From an uncultured bacterium (GTDB lineage: Bacteria; JAGOEH01): a DNA stretch of 64,000 nt. How positions within the stretch are numbered: position 1 is the first letter of the stretch; every line of letters begins with the position of its first letter. Shown piece after piece: positions 52,194 through 60,421 of this stretch. Location: the NCBI GenBank assembly GCA_964632485.1, contig CAZWDO010000009.1, positions 12,850 to 76,849 on the forward strand. The letters are read 5' to 3'. The notes under the pieces were generated by a model. The model ran no database searches and was not told the DNA's origin. It saw only the letters and a program-made list of their open reading frames with translations. The position numbers and the translations under genes were made by a program.

Positions 52194-52228
52194 AAGGGGG
52201 AAATCGATTGCGATTTCCCCCTTTTTAT
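52194..52228 (+). terminator. Rho-independent terminator closing the TonB receptor/PorV locus
   Basis: AAGGGGGAAATCG-ATTG-CGATTTCCCCCTT followed by TTTATT. Confidence 0.88.
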
Positions 52229-52326
52229 TATGGGATCGATCGGGGTTGTCAGTTTGTTTGAGAAAGAAGGAACAATCTGTTGAAAGAAGAGTTTTATTTG
52301 TATAACAACGGTGTTACAAAGGAAAA

Positions 52327-54036
52327 ATGTTGGAAACGCTACTCATCCTGACAACGGTCAGTTTGGTTCTAGTTTTTTTTGCTATGGTTCTTTATATGAA
52401 ATTCAAGCCCAAAAAGAAAAAAACGTTTAACCGTTGTGAAGATAAAATTAGCGCGCCTTCGAGTTTTTCATTGCATGAAGCTGTACGCGGCGGTAATCAC
52501 AAACTGGTTTATAAATTGCTGCAAGAGCATAAAGACCAGGTGAATACACCCAATAAAAATGGCGAGACACCGCTTCAAATCGCGTTTAATCGGGGCGATA
52601 AGGAGATGGCTGATATGCTGATTGCCAGCGGCGCAAAAATGCTTCTCATGAATAATGAAAAAGATACGCCGCTTCATATTGCCGTTAAACGGGGAAATGT
52701 CAAGTTGGTGGAGCAGTTACTGGGTGAAAACTCGGATATCAACACTCCGAATATGCTGGGTGAAAAAGTATTACACCTGGCCGCCCGTTTAGGAGATGTA
52801 ACCATTGGCGAAATTCTTTTAAAGCAGAAGGCAGAAGGCAATACCCTTGATGGAAAAGGCGATACTCCATTGCATTTAGCTGCTGAACATGGACATTTTG
52901 ACTTTGTGAAATTGTTGGTTGGTTTCAAAGTCGATGTTAACCTTCAAAATAAAAAAGGGGAGACTCCGCTGCTAAAAGCCGTCGCGGCTGGAAAAGGGCC
53001 GATTGCGGAACTGCTGATTCAAAATGGCGCGCAGGTTAATTTGGCTAACCAGGATCAGAAATTACCGTTACACATCGCTATCGAGAATCAATCAGTTGAA
53101 TTGACGGATATTTTGTGCAAAGCGGGTAGTCTAATAACCGCGGCGACGAGTGAACACTTGAAAGGGATACACATCGTCTGTTTTAATGGGAATTTGCCAA
53201 TTTTGAAAATACTTGTCAGTCTGGGGGCGGACGTCATGGAGCGCGGGGGGATTTTAGAGGATACTCCTTTACATATTGCAGCTTTACAGGGTTATTTGGA
53301 GCTTTGCCAATTTCTAAGCGATAATCGGGCGCTGATTAATGAAATCAATCGGAATGGCGATACTGCGCTGCATCGCGCTTCCAAAGGCGGCCATAAGCGC
53401 GTCGTGGCTTTTCTACAGACCCGTGGAGCCAGCCTTGATATAAAAAATCAGTCGGGTTCGACTCCGCTTCATATTGCATGTGAGAATAGCCATCAGGAAG
53501 TAGTAGAACTGTTAGTAAAAAAAGATGCAAACATTAATATTAAAAATAAAGAGGATGAAACTCCCTTATTCTTTGCTGTCAGAAATGGAAATTTGCCGAT
53601 TAGCCGATATCTATTAGAAAAGGGCGCTTTTGCAGAAGTGATGAATAAAAACTACGAGACCCCCTTTTATTTTGCGCTCATCAAGCAGAATATGGCGTTG
53701 CTCCGGAGCCTCATTGAGCATGGGGCTGATGTCAACGCTTCATTTGGCGTCAATGATGAATCGGCTCTGCATGTAGCGATTAGTCTGCAAAATGTAGATT
53801 TGATTAAATATTTGCTGGATTTGAAGGTTAATATTAATTTCCGTAATAAGAATGGTGATATGCCCATTCATATTGCGGCCACTAAACAGGATATTGATAT
53901 TATAAAGCTTTTACTCAGTAAAGGCGCCCAGATCAACGCAAAAAATTTACAAGGCCAGACTCCTTTAACACGCGCCACCGAATCCAAAAGCGTTGCCATA
54001 ATAAAATATCTTCGTGGACAGGGTGGTGTTGCCTGA
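52327..54036 (+). CDS. Membrane-anchored ankyrin-repeat protein (about 16 repeats)
   Basis: N-terminal TM followed by KFKPKKKK; tandem 33-34 aa TPLHxA...G...LL..GA.VN units. Confidence 0.93.
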   Translation: MLETLLILTTVSLVLVFFAMVLYMKFKPKKKKTFNRCEDKISAPSSFSLHEAVRGGNHKLVYKLLQEHKDQVNTPNKNGETPLQIAFNRGDKEMADMLIASGAKMLLMNNEKDTPLHIAVKRGNVKLVEQLLGENSDINTPNMLGEKVLHLAARLGDVTIGEILLKQKAEGNTLDGKGDTPLHLAAEHGHFDFVKLLVGFKVDVNLQNKKGETPLLKAVAAGKGPIAELLIQNGAQVNLANQDQKLPLHIAIENQSVELTDILCKAGSLITAATSEHLKGIHIVCFNGNLPILKILVSLGADVMERGGILEDTPLHIAALQGYLELCQFLSDNRALINEINRNGDTALHRASKGGHKRVVAFLQTRGASLDIKNQSGSTPLHIACENSHQEVVELLVKKDANINIKNKEDETPLFFAVRNGNLPISRYLLEKGAFAEVMNKNYETPFYFALIKQNMALLRSLIEHGADVNASFGVNDESALHVAISLQNVDLIKYLLDLKVNINFRNKNGDMPIHIAATKQDIDIIKLLLSKGAQINAKNLQGQTPLTRATESKSVAIIKYLRGQGGVA

Positions 54037-54087
54037 TTTTATAGTATTTCATAACTTTGTTGAAGTTTGGCTGGTAAGGAGCTCATA

Positions 54088-55881
54088 ATGTTTAATCCGG
54101 AATATCTAAAAAAATTATTCTCTATCGATTCGAAATTTACTGAATTGCTTCAATCAGCGCCTTCCAAGCATGATGCCAGAAACGCGTTGAGCGATTATTG
54201 GGGAGGGAAACAGCGCCAACTTTATCGAAATTATCGGGAACGCCGTAGTATGGAATGGTTCCTTCAGGTAAGCTGCATTGTCGTTTTGCGGCGAATGATC
54301 TCTTTACGCAGCGAAATGCTGGCGCATTTCGATTTAATGGAATTGTTGTGGAATCTGGCTCATGAAAATTTTTCAAATCTGCCTTCTCAGTTATCGGATG
54401 CCTTTTTTGAGGATTTAATGCACGTCGTTAAAGGTGCCTGTGGTATTAGTGGCGTTTATAAAGATGAAAAAGTTCCGAGATTTTTCGGATTAAAGGGCCG
54501 GGAAGCCGCGATTGATCGCTCTCGCGAACTTGATGAGATCGCTCGTTGGTCGGATGATTTTTTGTCAGGTTATATTTCCGGTTTGGATGAGGAAATAATC
54601 AAAACACGGGAAACTAATCGCCGTCGTATTCAGAATGTTTTAGAAGGAACCGAGGAAGACTGGTTTAATTATCAATGGCAACTAAAACACGTCATCCGGG
54701 AAGTTGATACACTCGGCCGATTGATTCAATTATCAGAGACCGAAACAGAAGCCATTCGTTTGGCGAATCAGTATCATCTGCCTTTTGGTATTACGCCATA
54801 TTACGTCTCCCTGATGGATGAGGAAAGCCACCGTCGGTTTGATCATGCAATCCGCGCCCAGGTGATTCCTCCCCTTGATTATGTGCAGGCGATGATCCAG
54901 CATAAAGGGGATTTAAATTATTCTTTTGATTTTATGCTGGAACACGATACGTCACCGGTTGACCTGATCACACGCCGTTATCCACGTGTAGTGATTCTTA
55001 AACCCTATAATACCTGCTCTCAGATTTGCGTATATTGCCAGCGCAATTGGGAAATTGATCAGGTACTGGACCCTCATGCATTAGCATCAATGGAGCGAAT
55101 TGAAACCGCCATTGATTGGATTCGGGAACACCACTGGGTGGCCGAAGTGTTGATTACCGGAGGTGATCCACTGATTATGCATGATGATATGATTGATAAG
55201 TTGATGAAGATGGTGGCTGATATCGATCATGTGGAACGCATTCGCATTGGATCCCGTGTGCCCGTAGTTATACCGCAACGTATTACCCCGCAATTGATTG
55301 ATATTTTAGCGTCCTATCAAGTTCCCGGTCGGCGCGAAGTCGTTTTAGTCACTCATTTCGAACATGTTTCAGAAATTACGCCGGATTCCATGCAAGCGAT
55401 CCAACAGTTTAAACGGAACGGCATTTCAGCCTATAACCAGGCTGTTTATACCATTGAAAACAGCCGCCGATTTGAGTTGGTCGCCCTGAGGAGGCTTCTA
55501 CGCCTAATTGGCGTTGATCCTTATTATTCATTCAATGCCAAAGGGAAACAGGAAACGGCTCAATATCGAGTCCCTATGGCCCGCCTTCAGCAGGAGATTA
55601 AAGAGGAAGCTCGGTTGTTTCCTGGGATTATGCGCACCGATGAAGCGGTTTATAATGTGCCCCGGCTGGGGAAAAACTACTTGCGCGCCGAGCAAAATCA
55701 CACTCTTTTGACTATTTTGGCTGACGGACGCAGGGTTTATGAATATCATCCATGGGAAAAGAATTTAGTGATGGCCGATACGTATATCGATACTGATGTT
55801 CCTATCTATGATTATCTTAAGGCGTTGGAACGACGTGGGGAGAATCCGGAAAATTATAAGACGATCTATTATTATTTTTGA
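54088..55881 (+). CDS. KamA-family radical SAM aminomutase-like protein with N-terminal extension
   Basis: WFNYQWQL, RRYPRV, CSQICVYCQR (CxxxCxxC), EVLITGGDPL, RIRIGSR, GVDPYY, VPRLGKNY. AAGGAG RBS favours ATG 54088. Confidence 0.88.
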   Translation: MFNPEYLKKLFSIDSKFTELLQSAPSKHDARNALSDYWGGKQRQLYRNYRERRSMEWFLQVSCIVVLRRMISLRSEMLAHFDLMELLWNLAHENFSNLPSQLSDAFFEDLMHVVKGACGISGVYKDEKVPRFFGLKGREAAIDRSRELDEIARWSDDFLSGYISGLDEEIIKTRETNRRRIQNVLEGTEEDWFNYQWQLKHVIREVDTLGRLIQLSETETEAIRLANQYHLPFGITPYYVSLMDEESHRRFDHAIRAQVIPPLDYVQAMIQHKGDLNYSFDFMLEHDTSPVDLITRRYPRVVILKPYNTCSQICVYCQRNWEIDQVLDPHALASMERIETAIDWIREHHWVAEVLITGGDPLIMHDDMIDKLMKMVADIDHVERIRIGSRVPVVIPQRITPQLIDILASYQVPGRREVVLVTHFEHVSEITPDSMQAIQQFKRNGISAYNQAVYTIENSRRFELVALRRLLRLIGVDPYYSFNAKGKQETAQYRVPMARLQQEIKEEARLFPGIMRTDEAVYNVPRLGKNYLRAEQNHTLLTILADGRRVYEYHPWEKNLVMADTYIDTDVPIYDYLKALERRGENPENYKTIYYYF

Positions 55882-56048
55882 TTGGCCCTTCAGTCGCTAC
55901 ATGATTATGGTAAATTGGAAACAATTATTTTCACAGAACACTCATGCAGCCAGGGTTTGCTAAAATACGCCATTCAATTCGCATTTTTCAGATAATTCAA
56001 ATATTATATTGTGTAAAGAGCAGGGATTACATTGTTAAATGTTTTGGA

Positions 56049-56077
56049 TTGACTTTTTTGAATTTTTTTGCTATATT
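56049..56077 (+). promoter_or_regulatory. Sigma70-type promoter for the dipeptidase
   Basis: TTGACT-N17-TATATT; overlaps the track's TTG 56068, which supports a later start. Confidence 0.65.
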
Positions 56078-56109
56078 CTTTTCGGCTGTTTAACCCGGAA
56101 AGGAAATGT

Positions 56110-57822
56110 ATGAAACCGACTCTATTAATTTTGGTGATAATATTGAATAGTTTACGGATGATCCACGCCGATAACCTGGTCTGGCGGGGAAATATAAAGG
56201 ACAGCCTCCGCAATAGAGTAATTGAGGGCGCGCAAATACAACTCCGGGATTCGGACGGCGCAATCCTCACCAATGCGGAAAGTAATCGGTATGGTAACTG
56301 GCGTATTGAGTGGCAACCCAGCGCAATATCGGATAATGGCCCCCTCTCCTCAGCGTCCTCGGGCTCTTTAACCAATGCGCCCAATCCCTATTTATATGAG
56401 ACAACCCTTAATTTTCAACTCCCGTATGCGGGTTACGTACAAATTCGGGTATTTGATCTTCTGGGTCGGGTATTGGAGCAATGGAGCCGCGAATGTTCCG
56501 CAGGAAATCATGCTTTAAAATGGGGTGGCAAAGGCGGCTGCGGGATTCTTCTATTGACTGTTGAATGTGGATCTTACTCGAGAGTTCTTAAATTATGTCA
56601 ACTGCAAAGTGGAATTGCTGGTTTCTCGCAATATCAATACCAGGGTCCAGCGCATCAAACTCTTTCACGCGCAAACATGGCTGGTTCACTCCCATCATCG
56701 GAACTTTCCAACACCAAGGGAACGCTCTTCCACGATGCGCTTGATAATTATTCCCTGGTTTTTACTCATTCTCTTTACGAAGCTGAAACCTTATGGGTGC
56801 AGGAGGGCGACTCCCTGGTTCCTCCTCTTAAGCTCTACTCAAGACATGACCGCGCGTTAGTATTCGATTTGCATAATGATCTGCTGGAGGCCACCTATAA
56901 TGAGACCTATAATTGGGGTGAACGCCATGGATATCATCATACCGATCTGCCACGGTTAATAGAAGGCGGTGTCGATGGCCAGGTTTTTGTAGTCTGGGTT
57001 GATCCCGAATGGTACGGTTCTCCTTATCAGATAGCTAATACCATGATTGATGAATTTAATATGCAATGCGAACAAAACAGCGCGAAGTTGCGTGGCATCA
57101 CTCACAGTTCAGAACTGACTACATTACCTGCTGGTATGGTTGGCGGGATTGTTGGAGTGGAAGGAGGCCATATCATTGAGAATGATCTGGATAAATTACG
57201 CAATCTTTTCCAGCGGGGCGCCCGGTATTTAACGATAACCTGGAATAATAGTACCGATTGGGCAGTCTCTGCTCAGGACAACCGTTCCACTACTGTTGGC
57301 CTCTCCGATTTCGGCCGGCAAGTCATACGAACCATGGATTCTCTTGGTATGATGATCGATGTTTCCCATACCGGAATTAAAACCATTGAAGATATTCTGG
57401 CGATTTCCGCTAATCCGGTTATCGCTTCCCATAGCGGCGCCTACGCTATCCGACCCCATTATCGAAATCTCACCGATGAACAGATCATTGCGCTGGCCGC
57501 AACTGGCGGATTGATCGGAGTCGTTTTCTATCCGACATTTCTTGTAAATAGTGGAGAGGCAACGATAGATGATGTAGTTGACCACATTGATTATATTGTT
57601 AATCTTGTTGGGGTTGATTATGTCGCTTTAGGTTCGGATTTCGATGGAATCTCCCGTGTTCCCGTTGGATTGGAAAATGTCAGCCAATTCCCCAACCTCA
57701 CTCAAGCGCTGTATGAACGCGGATATTCATTTGCTGATATCGAAAAAATACTCGGCCTTAATTTTCTGCGTGTATTTGAACAGATTTCTCATAAAAAACA
57801 ACAAATCTCTATTAGTCAATAA
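56110..57822 (+). CDS. Secreted M19-family membrane dipeptidase with N-terminal accessory domains
   Basis: Signal peptide; M19 motifs FDLHND, HTDLPRL, GVEGGH, YLTITWN, IDVSH, ASHS, VALGSDFDG; internal PNPY...VFDLLGR module. Confidence 0.9.
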   Translation: MKPTLLILVIILNSLRMIHADNLVWRGNIKDSLRNRVIEGAQIQLRDSDGAILTNAESNRYGNWRIEWQPSAISDNGPLSSASSGSLTNAPNPYLYETTLNFQLPYAGYVQIRVFDLLGRVLEQWSRECSAGNHALKWGGKGGCGILLLTVECGSYSRVLKLCQLQSGIAGFSQYQYQGPAHQTLSRANMAGSLPSSELSNTKGTLFHDALDNYSLVFTHSLYEAETLWVQEGDSLVPPLKLYSRHDRALVFDLHNDLLEATYNETYNWGERHGYHHTDLPRLIEGGVDGQVFVVWVDPEWYGSPYQIANTMIDEFNMQCEQNSAKLRGITHSSELTTLPAGMVGGIVGVEGGHIIENDLDKLRNLFQRGARYLTITWNNSTDWAVSAQDNRSTTVGLSDFGRQVIRTMDSLGMMIDVSHTGIKTIEDILAISANPVIASHSGAYAIRPHYRNLTDEQIIALAATGGLIGVVFYPTFLVNSGEATIDDVVDHIDYIVNLVGVDYVALGSDFDGISRVPVGLENVSQFPNLTQALYERGYSFADIEKILGLNFLRVFEQISHKKQQISISQ

Positions 57823-57884
57823 CCCTTGAGTTGAAAATCAGATCCTTGTAATAATTTTTTATTTAAAGAAAAGGGAACTTTTTT

Positions 57885-58103
57885 TTAGTCGGTAGGATTT
57901 ATTTCTTCTAATAAATCTACATTGTAATGATTTTTAAAGTACTCCCTGATCAAATCCGCTTTTTGGCAATTTCGCTTTAACTTCCGATTATTTTGAAGAT
58001 GATAGTAGATCAGATTTCGATCAACTCCCAACTTTTTAGCAATTAAAGGGACCGTTTCTCCAAAATCTATCATTTTCTTTTTGATAAGTTTCAATTTGTT
58101 CAA
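57885..58103 (-). CDS. Small basic Cro/Ner-like helix-turn-helix protein
   Basis: HTH-like TVPLIAKKLGVDRNLIYYHL; AAGGAGG RBS 5 nt before TTG 58103 (the track starts at 58148, inside the predicted promoter). Confidence 0.7.
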   Translation of the reverse strand: MNKLKLIKKKMIDFGETVPLIAKKLGVDRNLIYYHLQNNRKLKRNCQKADLIREYFKNHYNVDLLEEINPTD

Positions 58104-58133
58104 AAAATCCTCCTTGGTTGCATTTACAATACT

Positions 58134-58162
58134 AAAATAATTCAGCATGTTGTATTTGTCAA
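58134..58162 (-). promoter_or_regulatory. Leftward promoter for the Cro-like gene
   Basis: Minus strand TTGACA-N17-TATTTT. Confidence 0.5.
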
Positions 58163-58257
58163 GTAAAAAAAAAGATTATTACAATTTTTTTTAAAAGTGA
58201 CTATTAATTCTATTTATATAAAAAAAAAATAAATAATAACTTTTTATTATTTTAACA

Positions 58258-58286
58258 TTGACAAAATAAAAGAAATTGCTTATATT
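58258..58286 (+). promoter_or_regulatory. Rightward promoter for the CI-like gene
   Basis: TTGACA-N17-TATATT. Confidence 0.7.
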
Positions 58287-58304
58287 AAAAAACCAAAAAA
58301 AGGA

Positions 58305-58736
58305 GTGAATTTGTTCAACCCTGAAGACGTTATTGATCGACTTGAAATCATCATTAGTGATTTATTTGGTGAATCACATGGACGAATCCGGCAATTTTCA
58401 GTTTTGACGGGAATTGGCATGACGACAATTTCCGCCTATCTCAACCAAAAAACGATGCCTGGGGCTAAGGCTCTGGCTCAGATAGCTTTAGCTTGCGATG
58501 TCAACATTAACTGGTTATTGATCGGCGAACTTCCGAAAAAAATTGGCGGGAAACTGAATCTAATTGAGAAATGCGCGAACATGTTCCCGGATAATTCTGA
58601 TCTGCAATTATTTGAACAGATCAGTCATCAATTGGATTCGATTTCAAAAGGCAAATTGCAGGAAGTTCAGCAAAAAATGAAGCTCACTATCAACGATTTG
58701 AAAGAAATTATTGACCGGGATGAAGAAGTCAACTAA
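58305..58736 (+). CDS. XRE/CI-like HTH transcriptional repressor without S24 peptidase domain
   Basis: IRQFSVLTGIGMTTISAYLNQKTMPGAKALAQIALACDVNINWLLIGE is an XRE HTH; AGGAG suggests TTG 58311 as the start. Confidence 0.85.
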   Translation: MNLFNPEDVIDRLEIIISDLFGESHGRIRQFSVLTGIGMTTISAYLNQKTMPGAKALAQIALACDVNINWLLIGELPKKIGGKLNLIEKCANMFPDNSDLQLFEQISHQLDSISKGKLQEVQQKMKLTINDLKEIIDRDEEVN

Positions 58737-58837
58737 GCTTTTTGAAATGGTTTGATCCGACGATATTCATTAAAAGTCTGTTTTGATCGTGTTGAGTGAT
58801 AACTAAGTGAGGTAGCGTGATTCGCAGAGGTAGCGCA

Positions 58838-59650
58838 TTACGATTGAGTCGTTTTATTTAAAAGATGTCGATAATATTCAGCTTGTCCGCGTACGGATTC
58901 CCCTTCCTTGGGGAAAATTACCGCGCGAGAGACATTGACGATCATGAGGCCGTCCGCTTGTCGTTTTCCCCATTGGCATACGGAGTCGATATCTCCCCCC
59001 TGCGCACCGATTCCGGGTATTAATAACAAGCGATCGGGATATAGTTCACGTATTTGTCTTAGTTCTTCGTTTTGCGTTGCGCCAACAACAAAACCGATTT
59101 GATCAGCGCCCCCCCAATTACTCATTTCACGGATCACAGATAAATAAAAGGGTTCTTCGTTTAAACCTACCGGCAATAGTTGTAAAGCTGCGGCTGAAGG
59201 ATTGGACGTACGGCCTAATCCAAAAATAAAACGATCTTCCCATTCCAGAAAGGGTTCAAATACTTCTCGTCCCATATAAGGCGACAGAGTGACGGCGGCG
59301 CCGCCAAACCCGTCATAGGCGGCTTGGGCATACATTCGGGATGTATTACCTATATCGCCCCGCTTCCCATCCAAAATGATGGGAATATGTTTAGGTATGA
59401 TGTCGATTGTCCGCCGCAACGATTCGTAACCCTGACTGCCCCAGCATTCATAAAAAGCAAGATTGGGCTTATATGCGCAAACTAAATCCGATGTTTCCTC
59501 TACAATATAGCGATTGAAGGCAAAAAGAGCATCTTCACTTTGTCGAAACCGCTGTGGAATTTTTCCAATTTCTGAATCCAATCCCACGCATAAATAGCTA
59601 TGATTGATTTTTACGACGTGTTTTAATTTATCAATAAAATTTAGTGGCAT
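58838..59650 (-). CDS. pyrF: Orotidine-5'-phosphate decarboxylase
   Basis: LCVGLD, AYKPNLAFYE, ILDGKRGDIGNTS, RTSNPSA, VVGAT, LIPGIGAQGG, NVSRA. Confidence 0.96.
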   Translation of the reverse strand: MPLNFIDKLKHVVKINHSYLCVGLDSEIGKIPQRFRQSEDALFAFNRYIVEETSDLVCAYKPNLAFYECWGSQGYESLRRTIDIIPKHIPIILDGKRGDIGNTSRMYAQAAYDGFGGAAVTLSPYMGREVFEPFLEWEDRFIFGLGRTSNPSAAALQLLPVGLNEEPFYLSVIREMSNWGGADQIGFVVGATQNEELRQIRELYPDRLLLIPGIGAQGGDIDSVCQWGKRQADGLMIVNVSRAVIFPKEGESVRGQAEYYRHLLNKTTQS

Positions 59651-59745
59651 GGGTTGCTTTCTATTGATTTCAGGTTGCTATAAATAGTATCGAACTTCTT
59701 TTGAGCTACGTTTTATGATTTTTGGAAAAAACTATAGAGCAGAGT

Positions 59746-60249
59746 TTATTCCAGTCCTTTCAGAAATTCTTCGGCTTGTTTTTTTGCATCGGAATCTCCA
59801 AATTCATCAACTACCTTTTGATAATACACACGGGCATCCTGCAAATCATTCAACGCTTGATAACACTGCCCAATATAAAGACAGAACTCTCCTTTTTGGG
59901 TATTATTAAACGCATCGGATTCAATCTTGCCCTGGAGCATCTCGATAGCCGCCATGACTTCACTACGGCGCGGATAGCGCTCACCGCCCTTATAATACAT
60001 TTCACTGCTCAGAGTTTCATCTTCCGCTTTTCCTCTAACTCCTGCTACCGGCTGAGGGGATTCCACTTTATATTTTCGATCCGATTCCTTGGAGACCTTT
60101 TGAATTTGTCCCCAATAGTTTCCTAAAAAAGCTTTATCCTTTACAGTTTCTTCGGTTTTTGGGGCAACTTTAACACTGTCTTTGGATTGGGCAAACGAAT
60201 AGATGTTCATTACAAATAGAACACTTACCAATGCCATTAAGGTTTTCAT
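59746..60249 (-). CDS. Secreted/periplasmic protein with a C-terminal TPR
   Basis: AGGAGG RBS, signal peptide (…NIYSFA), TPR-like LYIGQCYQALNDLQDARVYYQKVVDEFGDS. Confidence 0.75.
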   Translation of the reverse strand: MKTLMALVSVLFVMNIYSFAQSKDSVKVAPKTEETVKDKAFLGNYWGQIQKVSKESDRKYKVESPQPVAGVRGKAEDETLSSEMYYKGGERYPRRSEVMAAIEMLQGKIESDAFNNTQKGEFCLYIGQCYQALNDLQDARVYYQKVVDEFGDSDAKKQAEEFLKGLE

Positions 60250-60421
60250 ACGGGCCTCCTTGCATCAATCAACATTTCAGATTAAAAAAAATAAACTTCA
60301 ACGTTTTAACGTCAGTATCAATAATTTTAAACATTAAGTTCAGGAAAAAGTTCCTGAAAACCGAGCGGGTTATTATTCAAATTTAGCCTAACAATTCATT
60401 CTTATTTTATATTTTTGGGAA

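Noticed and set aside
58809-58835. 9-bp direct repeat GAGGTAGCG at the 3' end of pyrF, considered as an attachment-site scar
   Set aside because: No matching copy on the other side of the HTH pair and no integrase; too short to interpret.
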